NCBI GenBank assembly: GCA_965145485.1
Contig: CBCTCU010000001.1
Span: 60,800 to 124,799 of the forward strand
Reading direction: 5' to 3'
DNA length: 64,000 bases
Source: an uncultured Eubacteriales bacterium
Lineage (GTDB): Bacteria > Bacillota > Clostridia > Oscillospirales > Acutalibacteraceae
Position numbers and translations under genes: made by a program. The notes beneath the pieces were generated by a model, which was given only the letters and a program-made list of their open reading frames with translations, ran no database searches and had not been told where the DNA came from. Position 1 is the first letter of the stretch; each line of letters opens with the position of its first letter. Shown here piece after piece: positions 49,401 to 57,586 of the stretch.

Positions 49401-49894
49401 AAGCCGGCCTCCTTTAGCTGCTCGATATTTTCGAAGAAGGCCACATCCGCTTTCTCATAGTCCAGATTTAGGCGGTTGCGCTCTACAACCTCTTTTGCTG
49501 TTTCTTGCTCAAATTCGGTGCATTCCCCGTAAAAGTAAACACGCAGCAGCTTCCGGTGCGGATAGCGGCTGATATGATGCGTTTGCCCGCCCCGCCAGGT
49601 GAAGAAAGGAAGAGAACCTCCAATCGCACGATCCAGGATGGCTTTGACAGGACTGCTGTATCCGCCGTAGCAGCACCGGCTAACAATAATCAGCGGGTCA
49701 CTCTGGCCGATGAGTGCTCCGATGTGCTGCATAGAGTCCTTCATGATACAAAAACCGGCGTTCTTCAGCCAGCACTTGAAACAGCCACGACAGGGAGCAT
49801 ACTGGTTGTTTGCATGAATGACGACCAGATCCTCATCCGAGTTTTTCGGGGAAAAGGATACTTCTTCGCTAAGGTCGTGGATGATCACCTTCAT
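49397..49894 (-). CDS. Flavodoxin-family / iron-sulfur flavoprotein-like protein
   Basis: MKVIIHDLSEE start and a Cys cluster CRGCFKCWLKNAGFCIMKD typical of Fe-S flavoproteins. ATGA overlap with the next gene. TAGGAG RBS. Confidence 0.7.
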   Translation of the reverse strand: MKVIIHDLSEEVSFSPKNSDEDLVVIHANNQYAPCRGCFKCWLKNAGFCIMKDSMQHIGALIGQSDPLIIVSRCCYGGYSSPVKAILDRAIGGSLPFFTWRGGQTHHISRYPHRKLLRVYFYGECTEFEQETAKEVVERNRLNLDYEKADVAFFENIEQLKEAGL

Positions 49895-50189
49895 AAATCA
49901 AGTTCTCCTAAAAAATAGTTTTCCCGTTCGAGTTTTGCCGATAAGACATTATGGTCTGTTTTGGAAGACGCTTTTGGCGAATAACTCCCAAAGAAAAACT
50001 GCATTTCAGTTTCTGCCAAATACAATAATCCATTTTGATTATACAATATGCAGCATTAAGCGACTATCTGTTTTCAGTAAAATCTATGTAAAATATATGG
50101 GGTGATCAAGCAAGGGGGATAAAACAAACTATGATCTTCACATCAATGCCAGAGCAATTTATAGAAGATATAATTTATGAAGTATGCTC

Positions 50190-51052
50190 GTGCTTTTGTC
50201 CGTCTATATGCATATCACTTGACACAACTGAATAGGGTATAAAACTCGAAATGAAAGAGCCGGCAAGCCGCCGGTCATGGTCGCACTGCCCATAAGCGAA
50301 CGGTCTGCCCGTAAAGTCGATACATGGTTTCATCAAGGAAAAGCGAGAACAAAAACTTCCGCTGATTTGGTGATTGTGTGTCGGCTCTTTTTGTTTGCCG
50401 ATGACAACTAAATACACATCCGCTGAAGTAGATACGCCTTTGCGATGACAAGGGCGAAAGGGGTGTGTTTCCTTATCAGAGCGGAACAGAAATTCGGCAG
50501 CATTCTTAGCAGGAGTGTTGCCGAATTTTTTATCCCTAAAACTTGGTGCAGATGAAAACTCGCCATATGTAGAAACAGTCGGCAAAAATATATTGTTTTC
50601 TTGTTTCTCAAGTGGCCTCACAATATTACATAAATACCTGAAATTTATTTTTATGAAGGAGATATGTGAAATGAAAACAGAGAAAACATTTGGAAGCAGA
50701 ACATTTTGGCTCATATTATCCGTCATACTGAAGCAATTGGTCAAAGCAAGCGATTCGAAGGATTATTGAGAATAAACACTATGCCGGAGATCAGGAATAT
50801 CCTTCAATTATAGACCCGGTAACTTATGAAGAAACCAATGCTCTCCGTTTAGGAAAAGGCGGAGACAGGGAAAAAGATACCCCGGAAATCCACTATCTGA
50901 AGTACCATACGAAATGTATGCAGTGTGGATGCCGCTATACAAGAAAAAGCCACTATAGCGGACAGAGAGAACGCTGCATTTGTTCAAACGGGTGCAAAAC
51001 GCCGAGGTATTTAGATGATGAAACCTTAACGAAACAAGCGATGCAAGGATAG
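50190..51052 (+). pseudogene. Large serine recombinase, degraded (several frameshifts and stops)
   Basis: Recognisable pieces lie in different frames. One is DLVIVCRLFLFADDN (compare the DLVIVKDLSRxxR resolvase motif). Another is NWSKQAIRRIIENKHYAGDQEYPSIIDPVTYEE (recombinase-domain W..x..IL.N..Y.G...HP.II motif). The C-terminal zinc ribbon CMQCGCRYTRKSHYSGQRERCICSNGC ends at TAG 51050-51052. Confidence 0.6.
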
Positions 51053-51344
51053 TTTTTCAGTACCCCTTCCAGGGGGCAGCAAGTTCTGACCCCTCCGGGG
51101 TTTGAGCAGACACTCGTTTACTAGTGGTTTTGATTACGATCTACCGAAGTAAAACAAACCCCCGCTCCTACCGGGGACAGGCAGAGCAAGCGATAGCGGC
51201 ATGCCGCCCAAGGCAAAGCAAAGGCATATGAGAAGCAAACGAGGCCGTACGGGTGGACGCTATCGGATGGAGCCTGCGCGGCAGCTCTAGGTTTGCCGTC
51301 TACTGTGAGTACGCCATGTTTTCGATAATTCTTTCAAAAAAGGC

Positions 51345-51393
51345 TTGATAAATCCAAATGACTGTGGTATACTTCTGATAGAACAAATGTTCT
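51345..51393 (+). promoter_or_regulatory. Sigma-A promoter overlapped by a Gram-positive LexA (Cheo) box
   Basis: TTGATA (51345-51350), a 17-nt spacer, then TATACT (51368-51373). The perfect palindrome AGAACAAATGTTCT lies at 51380-51393 (GAAC-N4-GTTC core), at about the transcription start and just upstream of the radical SAM gene. Confidence 0.75.
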
Positions 51394-51400
51394 ACAGGCG

Positions 51401-52648
51401 GTGATCTGGATGTTTCAATGGATCGGCGATAAAACTCTTTCGTTGGAGGATAGGGTTTCCCAGATGCAGGAGGATGCGGCATACGACGTCGCTGACAACG
51501 ACGAGGCGGTGATGCCCGATCTGTCCTTTATCCGGGAGACGATAAGGGCGAAAAGGTCGCCTCCCAAGGTGCCGAAGGTCTTTTTATCCAACGACTGCAC
51601 CTTTAACTGCGCTTATTGCGGCTGCCGCTGCGGTAACGAAGGTAGGCAGCGCTATGTCTGGAAGCCGCGTGAGCTGGCTGAATTTGCGGTTAAGCAGGCC
51701 GAGGAAAACCGGCATGGCGTTTTTATTACCTCGTCGATTTACCGCAACGCCGACTATACCGAGGAGCTGATTGTCGAGACCTTGCGTATTATCCGCGACG
51801 AGATCGGCTACCGCGGTTATGTCCATGCGAAAATCATGCCGGGGGCGGACCCGCTGCTGATTTACCGGGCCGGCCAGTTCGCCGACCGGCTGAGCGTCAA
51901 TATTGAGGTGGCCAAAAGCGAGGGCTATTCCAAAATCGCACACGATAAAAACCGGACGAATATATTGACCCCGATGCATCAGATCAGCGAGCTGATCGCA
52001 CAGGCAAAGCGGGAAAAAAGCCGCTGGGCGCCCAAGTTCGCCACTTCCCAGACCACCCAGCTGATGGCCGGCAGCATACAGGAGAACGACCGCACCATAT
52101 TGACCCTGGCCAATGCGCTGTATGCGAAATACAATTTGAAGCGGGTGTATTACACCCCCTTTCACTATCGCCACGAGGCCGCTGGATACGAGGGCCTTCC
52201 CATGGTCGAGACCCCACGGTGGCGGGTACGCCGGCTGTATCAGGCCGACCGGCTCATGCAGCTATATGGCTTTACCCCGGAGGAAATCGCCCCCGACAGT
52301 CAACTGAATTTATCCGAGATGCTCGATCCCAAAGCGGCGTGGGCGCTGCGCCATCTCGATTTGTTCCCGGTAGAGGTCAATCGGGCGGATTATGAAACCC
52401 TGATTCGCGTTCCTGGGATCGGCACGACCTATGCCAGCCGTATTGTCAAAGCGCGGCAATATTGCACAATTTCCCATGCGGTGCTGAAAAAGCTGGGGGT
52501 ATCCCTCAAGCGCAGCCGGCATTTTATTACCTGCAATGGCGTTTACGATGGGGCCACCGTGGATAACGACGCGGTTCTTATCCCATTCCTGGCCGATCCG
52601 GCGGATGCGGGCGCTTATCAGACCAATCTGCTGGACAAAGCCATGTAG
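51401..52648 (+). CDS. Putative DNA modification/repair radical SAM protein (TIGR03916-type) with a C-terminal helix-hairpin-helix
   Basis: The CX3CX2C cluster is NDCTFNCAYCGC, the N-terminal segment is EDAAYDVADND, and the C-terminal HhH is LIRVPGIGTTYASRIVKARQ. The start could be GTG 51401, ATG 51410 or ATG 51419. Confidence 0.8.
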   Translation: MIWMFQWIGDKTLSLEDRVSQMQEDAAYDVADNDEAVMPDLSFIRETIRAKRSPPKVPKVFLSNDCTFNCAYCGCRCGNEGRQRYVWKPRELAEFAVKQAEENRHGVFITSSIYRNADYTEELIVETLRIIRDEIGYRGYVHAKIMPGADPLLIYRAGQFADRLSVNIEVAKSEGYSKIAHDKNRTNILTPMHQISELIAQAKREKSRWAPKFATSQTTQLMAGSIQENDRTILTLANALYAKYNLKRVYYTPFHYRHEAAGYEGLPMVETPRWRVRRLYQADRLMQLYGFTPEEIAPDSQLNLSEMLDPKAAWALRHLDLFPVEVNRADYETLIRVPGIGTTYASRIVKARQYCTISHAVLKKLGVSLKRSRHFITCNGVYDGATVDNDAVLIPFLADPADAGAYQTNLLDKAM

Positions 52649-52716
52649 CGTGGGAAAGGCCCGCGCTTTCCAAGCGGAGAAGCCACAGCGCATCCGGCAT
52701 CAAACGACCGTCCGTA

Positions 52717-52763
52717 AAAAATTGCACAGGGGTTTGCCAACCGGCAAGCCCCTGTGCAATTTT
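52717..52763. terminator. Bidirectional terminator between the convergent radical SAM and helicase genes
   Basis: AAAATTGCACAGGGG-(TTGCC..GGCAA)-CCCCTGTGCAATTTT, a long perfect stem flanked by A and T runs. Confidence 0.8.
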
Positions 52764-52942
52764 CGTTGGAGAGGGAAACCGCCGCGGCTTAGCCGGCGGT
52801 TAGGACGGTTTGATTTCAGCATGACAAGACGAGCGGTAGGCGAGGGGATGAAAGCCTGTCCCTTCCCGTCTTGAGCGAAGGCCAAGCCGGGCGGGGAAAG
52901 CGGCAGTATATACCGCCTGCTTTGAAGCCGCTGCACACTCTG

Positions 52943-55300
52943 TCACAAGCGAAACTCCCTGAGCGCGTGCTCCAACTGGTCCTGATGATGCAGAAAACGC
53001 AGATGAGACCAGTGTTCGGGAAACAGGCGCCGGTATTGGATGGTGTCAAAGCGTGTGTCAATCAGCAGCACCAGCCCGTAATCGCTCTCGCTGCGGATTA
53101 CCCTTCCGGCCGCTTGAAGCACCTTGTTCATACCGGGATAAACATAGGCATAATCATACCCCTGGCCGTTGAGCTGGTCAAAGTATTCCCGGATCTGTTC
53201 CTGACGCATGGACAGCCCGGGCAGCCCCGTCCCCACGATAATCGCCCCGATCAGCCGGTCGCCCTTGAGATCGATCCCCTCCGAAAAGACGCCGCCGAGC
53301 ACGCAGAAGCCGACGAGGGTATGGGGATTGGCCTGATCGAACCGATGCAGAAAATCTTCCCGTTCTTCCTCGGTCATCCGGCTTGTCTGGATCAGCACCT
53401 CGGTATCGTCAAAAAGCTGGGTGAAACAATCGGCTACCTTTTGCATGTAATCGTAAGAGGGGAAATAGACCAGATAGTTCCCTTCCCGGAACTGGATGGC
53501 GGCATGAATGGTTTTGGCGATGGGAAGATAGCTGGCCGCCCGGTCGCGGTATTTGGTGGAAATGCCGGCATGGGCCAGCAGCAGGAGCCGGCCGGGGTCG
53601 TAGGGAGAAGGCAGGCATAGCATGGGGTCTTCCACCCCGCCTCCGAGAATTTCACGGTAATAGGGCAGGGGGGTGAGGGTGGCTGAGAAAAGGACGCAGG
53701 AGACGGCGTTCCCCAGCCGTTGCCCAATGATGGCGGAGGGGTCGAGGCACATCTGGGTGACGGTGACCTCCCCCTCTTCGGCCTGCGTCAGGGTGATAAA
53801 ACGCTCGTCGTATACCTCGGCGATGGTTTGGTAAGCCCCGACCGCAAACAACAGCTCGAGCAGCTCGTCGTAAAGCGCATGCCCCTCGTGCAGGGGCAGC
53901 CACTCCTCAGCCGCTTCGGCAAACAGGGCGAGCAGAGCGCCGAGCACAGCGTCCGGTTCGCGCTCCGCCCGGTGGGACCGTTCCCCCATTTCCCTGCGCG
54001 CATCGAGCAGATAGCGGTTCACCTGCCGCATGGCCTTGCGCAGCGCGCTGGAGGCGGCGTCCTTGTCCCGTAGCTGACGGCTCAAACGGGAAAAGGGCGA
54101 TTTGCGAATAACGGCAGTATACATGTCCCGCACGCGGTCGGCCAGATTATGGGCCTCGTCGATGAGAAAGACGTACCGTTTCTGCTCCTCCCCGTCAAAA
54201 AAGCGGCGCAGGTAGGTGACCGGGTCAAAAACATGGTTGTAGTCGCATACCACAAGGTCCACCCACAGCGAGGCGTCGAGGGACAGCTCGTAAGGGCACA
54301 CACGGTGGGCGCGCGCGATCTGCTCGATTACGGCGGGCGTGATGAGGTCGTGGCCCTCGAGCAGCTCCAACAGGGCGCTGTTGACCCGGTCGTAATGTCC
54401 TTTGGCATAGGGGCAGTCGACGGGATTGCACAGCGGCGCTTCGCAAAAGCAGATTTTTTCCTTGGCGCGCAGGGTCAACGATTTGAGCCGCAGCCCGCGG
54501 TCGAGCATTTGCTCGACCGCTTCCTGTGCGACCGTGCGGGTGACCGTTTTGGCCGTGAGGTAAAACATCTTGTCCAGTCCGTGACCGGTGATTGCCTTGA
54601 CCGCAGGAAAAAGGGTGGATAACGTCTTGCCGATGCCGGTCGGCGCCTGGACGTAGAGCCGCTTTTGGGCCCCAATGACGCGATACACCGCCCCGGCCAG
54701 CTTCCGTTGCCCGGGGCGGTAAGCCGGATAGGGAAAGGGCAATTGGGCAATGGAGGTGTTTCGTATAACCGCCCATTCCCTTTCAAACCGCAAAAAATCG
54801 GCGTAACGGCGGATGGTGTCGTCGAAAAAGGCATCGATTTCCCCGGCGGTGAAAACCATCCGGCTTCGCTCGAGCTCCTCGCTGTCAAGCTGGAAATAGG
54901 TCAACTGGATTCCCAGCCTCGGGGGAGGGTTCTCCATGGTATGCAGCAGCAGGTAAGCGTAGCATTTTGCCTGCCCCAGGTGCACCGCCTCCTGCCGCCG
55001 AAGCAGCTCGAGGGGCAGGGTGGTGGTCTTGATTTCATCGATATAGGTTATGCCATCCTCGGTGAAAACGCCGTCGGCCCGCCCCTGCAGCAGCACGGGC
55101 TGCCCGTCGATCTCCACCGTCCGTTTGAGCGTTACCTCCGGCTGGTAATTGTCCCCCATTGCCTTTTGGATTTTTCGATGGGCCGCGGCGCCCTCGTACA
55201 TAACAGAGGAGTCGGTGTAGCGGCTGTCGATATCGCCGCACCGCAGCACAAGCTCCACCAGGGAGCGAACCGACAGTGGGATAGGCTCCACCGAATCCAC
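52943..55300 (-). CDS. PD-(D/E)XK (Cas4/RecB-like) nuclease domain fused to an XPD/DinG-family Fe-S DNA helicase
   Basis: The N-terminal nuclease motifs are GRADGV, IDEIKT and QAKCYAY. The helicase has Walker A APTGIGKT, a DEAH box LIDEAHNL, and the Fe-S cluster cysteines CFCEAPLCNPVDCPYAKGHY...C. Confidence 0.8.
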   Translation of the reverse strand: MDSVEPIPLSVRSLVELVLRCGDIDSRYTDSSVMYEGAAAHRKIQKAMGDNYQPEVTLKRTVEIDGQPVLLQGRADGVFTEDGITYIDEIKTTTLPLELLRRQEAVHLGQAKCYAYLLLHTMENPPPRLGIQLTYFQLDSEELERSRMVFTAGEIDAFFDDTIRRYADFLRFEREWAVIRNTSIAQLPFPYPAYRPGQRKLAGAVYRVIGAQKRLYVQAPTGIGKTLSTLFPAVKAITGHGLDKMFYLTAKTVTRTVAQEAVEQMLDRGLRLKSLTLRAKEKICFCEAPLCNPVDCPYAKGHYDRVNSALLELLEGHDLITPAVIEQIARAHRVCPYELSLDASLWVDLVVCDYNHVFDPVTYLRRFFDGEEQKRYVFLIDEAHNLADRVRDMYTAVIRKSPFSRLSRQLRDKDAASSALRKAMRQVNRYLLDARREMGERSHRAEREPDAVLGALLALFAEAAEEWLPLHEGHALYDELLELLFAVGAYQTIAEVYDERFITLTQAEEGEVTVTQMCLDPSAIIGQRLGNAVSCVLFSATLTPLPYYREILGGGVEDPMLCLPSPYDPGRLLLLAHAGISTKYRDRAASYLPIAKTIHAAIQFREGNYLVYFPSYDYMQKVADCFTQLFDDTEVLIQTSRMTEEEREDFLHRFDQANPHTLVGFCVLGGVFSEGIDLKGDRLIGAIIVGTGLPGLSMRQEQIREYFDQLNGQGYDYAYVYPGMNKVLQAAGRVIRSESDYGLVLLIDTRFDTIQYRRLFPEHWSHLRFLHHQDQLEHALREFRL

Positions 55301-55543
55301 CTCTTTTCATGGGTTATAGAATCAAGGAATACACTGGCCGGGACGTGGCGATATATTCTCCTGTGCCCTTCCAGCCGCACGGAGGATGATGCACGCCGTG
55401 CGCGTTCATATTGTAGCATAGTTGGCAGCGCCGTTCAACCCGGCCGGTCAGAAAGCACCCCCTTTCCGGCATGTTAGCGGATTGCGGCGTCGTGCGCCGG
55501 CGGGTATAATGGAGGGCATCCAATCGGGAAAGGCGGCGGGGAA

Positions 55544-56473
55544 ATGGGGGAGTACACGAAACAACCTGCGATCGCGGTGGTAGGGGATTCCATGCTGGAT
55601 GTATACCGCTTTGGCGAATGGGATGGCAAACGCCGGGTATTTTGCCCCCACACCCTGCATCTCGCGCCCGGGGGAGCGGGCAATGTGGCCTGTAACGTCA
55701 AAACGCTGGGGGCGACGCCGCTGTTGTTTTCGGTCGTGGGCCGCAGCCGGCTGTCGTCAAAATACCGGCAGTGCCTGCGCCAAGCGGGGGTAGCGCAGGA
55801 TTATTTAAAGCCCAGCCGGGTAAAAGACATCTGTGAAAAGGTAAATTTCATGGATCAGAGCTATCGGGTATTGCGGCTTGATAGGGACGATACGAGGGTG
55901 TTGCCGCATGCGGAGCAGGAGGCTTTGCTCCACAGCCTGTTGGAAAGCGGCACGGCCTGGTCCGACCTGGTCGTGTCCGACTATCAAAAGGGCTGTATTA
56001 CCAGCGCCAGTTTCGATCGGATTCGCCAGTTCTGTTGCCAGCGCCACATTCGCCTGTATGTCGACAGCGCCAGCGGATGGAATATGGAGGGCGTCTATTT
56101 TTACAAGCCCAACCGTTTTCAACTGGAAAAGGTGGTGGGCCAACCGCTGGAGGGGATGCGTCAGCTGACTGCGGCGGCCCTTCGCTTCAAATGCCGTTAC
56201 GGTATACGGCATATGGCCGTCACCATGGATGCGCGGGGGGCCGTTTACCTTGACGAGCACGATGGGGTTCATCCCATGGAGTCGGTTTGCCGGGAAGCGG
56301 TCGACCCCTGCGGGGCGGGGGATACCTTTCTTGCCGCGCTGGCGGTGGCAGTCGCCTCCGGCCGGCCGGTCGCCCGGGCGGTGCGCATCGCCAATGAAGC
56401 GGCGGGCGTCGCCTGCCGCCATACCGGAACGCATGCGGTTGCGGCCAGTGAAGTGCCAGGATGGAATGACTGA
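55544..56473 (+). CDS. hldA: PfkB-family sugar kinase, D-glycero-beta-D-manno-heptose-7-phosphate kinase-like (HldE domain I / HldA)
   Basis: IAVVGDSMLDVY start, GGAGNVACNVKTLG, and the C-terminal DPCGAGDTFLAAL (PfkB signature 2). Confidence 0.6.
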   Translation: MGEYTKQPAIAVVGDSMLDVYRFGEWDGKRRVFCPHTLHLAPGGAGNVACNVKTLGATPLLFSVVGRSRLSSKYRQCLRQAGVAQDYLKPSRVKDICEKVNFMDQSYRVLRLDRDDTRVLPHAEQEALLHSLLESGTAWSDLVVSDYQKGCITSASFDRIRQFCCQRHIRLYVDSASGWNMEGVYFYKPNRFQLEKVVGQPLEGMRQLTAAALRFKCRYGIRHMAVTMDARGAVYLDEHDGVHPMESVCREAVDPCGAGDTFLAALAVAVASGRPVARAVRIANEAAGVACRHTGTHAVAASEVPGWND

Positions 56474-57119
56474 TATTTTCTGCGCACGGGCCCCAGCGCC
56501 TCGGCTGCTGCGAGAAAAACGCAATTCCCGCCGCCGTAAACCGGGCCGGCCGATTGCCAACCCAAGGCCGCGCCCGGCGCTCCGCCCATCCCATTTCCCG
56601 GCGCTCCGCCATGCTCCCGCCCAAAAGGCCGTGTTTCTAGACCGCGACGGCGTGCTCAACCGCGACAGCGGCTACGCCGTGCATCCCTACGCCATGCGTT
56701 TTTGCCATCGCGTTCTTCCGCTGGTGCGCCGGCTGCAGCGAAAGGGCTATCTGGCGATTGTAGTCACCAACCAGTCCGGATTGGGTCGGGGATTGTTTAC
56801 TAAGCGGGATTTTCTGCGCTGCACGCGTTACATGCTCCGCCGCCTGCATCGAAAGGGGGTTGCCGTCCATGCGCTGTACTACTGCCCCTCGGCGCTCGAC
56901 GACGATCCCTTTCGCAAGCCGGGGGCGGGCATGCTTCTTGCAGCCGCAGCGCATTACGGCATCGATTTGGGCCGTTCGGTGATGATCGGCGATCGGATGA
57001 GCGATCGCATGGCCGGCATGCGGGCCGGTGTAGGGCAATGTATCCTGCTTCCCCGCCGGCGCGGGCGGCTGGCGCGCCCCCGTCTGGAAGGGATGAGAGT
57101 GGAAAAGGGGGAATGGTAA
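56466..57119 (+). CDS. gmhB: D,D-heptose 1,7-bisphosphate phosphatase-like HAD-IIIA hydrolase with an Arg/Pro-rich N-terminal extension
   Basis: HAD motifs are AVFLDRDGVLN, VVTNQSG, RKPGAGML and IGDRMSDRMAG. ATG 56466 overlaps the kinase stop (ATGACTGA). The first ~50 aa are low-complexity, so the true start may be further downstream. Confidence 0.65.
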   Translation: MTDIFCARAPAPRLLREKRNSRRRKPGRPIANPRPRPALRPSHFPALRHAPAQKAVFLDRDGVLNRDSGYAVHPYAMRFCHRVLPLVRRLQRKGYLAIVVTNQSGLGRGLFTKRDFLRCTRYMLRRLHRKGVAVHALYYCPSALDDDPFRKPGAGMLLAAAAHYGIDLGRSVMIGDRMSDRMAGMRAGVGQCILLPRRRGRLARPRLEGMRVEKGEW

Positions 57120-57568
57120 TGATATGGAGCATGGCCTCCCTGGCCGGCCTGCGCGCGGCAGGCGAGGGGAAACGCCTGGTGGCCGCCTGCGGGTGCTTTG
57201 ATATCTTTCACATCGGGCATCTTGAGTACCTTCAGGGGGCAAAAAAGCTGGGGGACCGGCTGATTGTAGGGGTGAATTCCGATGGCTCGGTCTACCGAAA
57301 CAAGGGAAGATACCCCCATTTTTGCCAGGATGACCGCATGGCGCTGCTTTGCGCCATCGATGTGGTGGACGATGTCGTCTGTTTTGACAGCCTCACCTTT
57401 TCCCCCGTGCTGGAGCAGCTGCGCCCTCAGGTTTTTGCACGGGGGGTGGACGCCGGGCAAAAAGGCTTCCCCGAGCGGGAAACGGTCGAGCGGCTCGGCA
57501 TCGAGGTCGTCGTGATCGGGGAGGGCAAGCGCGCGTCCTCCCGGCATCTGAGGCCATTTTTGCAGTGA
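57113..57568 (+). CDS. hldC: Cytidylyltransferase-fold D-beta-D-heptose 1-phosphate adenylyltransferase-like (HldE domain II / HldC)
   Basis: VAACGCFDIFHIGHLEYLQGAKKLGDRLIVGVNSDGSV (the (H/T)xGH nucleotidyltransferase motif). The start overlaps the gmhB stop. Confidence 0.7.
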   Translation: MVMIWSMASLAGLRAAGEGKRLVAACGCFDIFHIGHLEYLQGAKKLGDRLIVGVNSDGSVYRNKGRYPHFCQDDRMALLCAIDVVDDVVCFDSLTFSPVLEQLRPQVFARGVDAGQKGFPERETVERLGIEVVVIGEGKRASSRHLRPFLQ

Positions 57569-57586
57569 GGAGGGGTTGCATCCAAC

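Larger units (their letters stand above)
35570..51300. mobile_element. Decayed integrative element / genomic island (AT-richer, next to the tRNA cluster)
   Basis: Base composition drops visibly (roughly 45-52% GC by eye, against about 60% in the flanks) directly after the tRNA-Cys terminator. It recovers near 51.3 kb. The left end has a truncated ParB-N-domain gene and the right end a multiply frameshifted large serine recombinase. Several gene fragments lie between intact minus-strand cargo operons. The boundaries are approximate. Confidence 0.65.

Noticed and set aside
50175-50744. 189-aa minus-strand ORF at the right end of the island
   Set aside because: It has no RBS and an odd composition. 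The plus strand of the same region contains recognisable, though frameshifted, serine recombinase motifs, which explain the region better.
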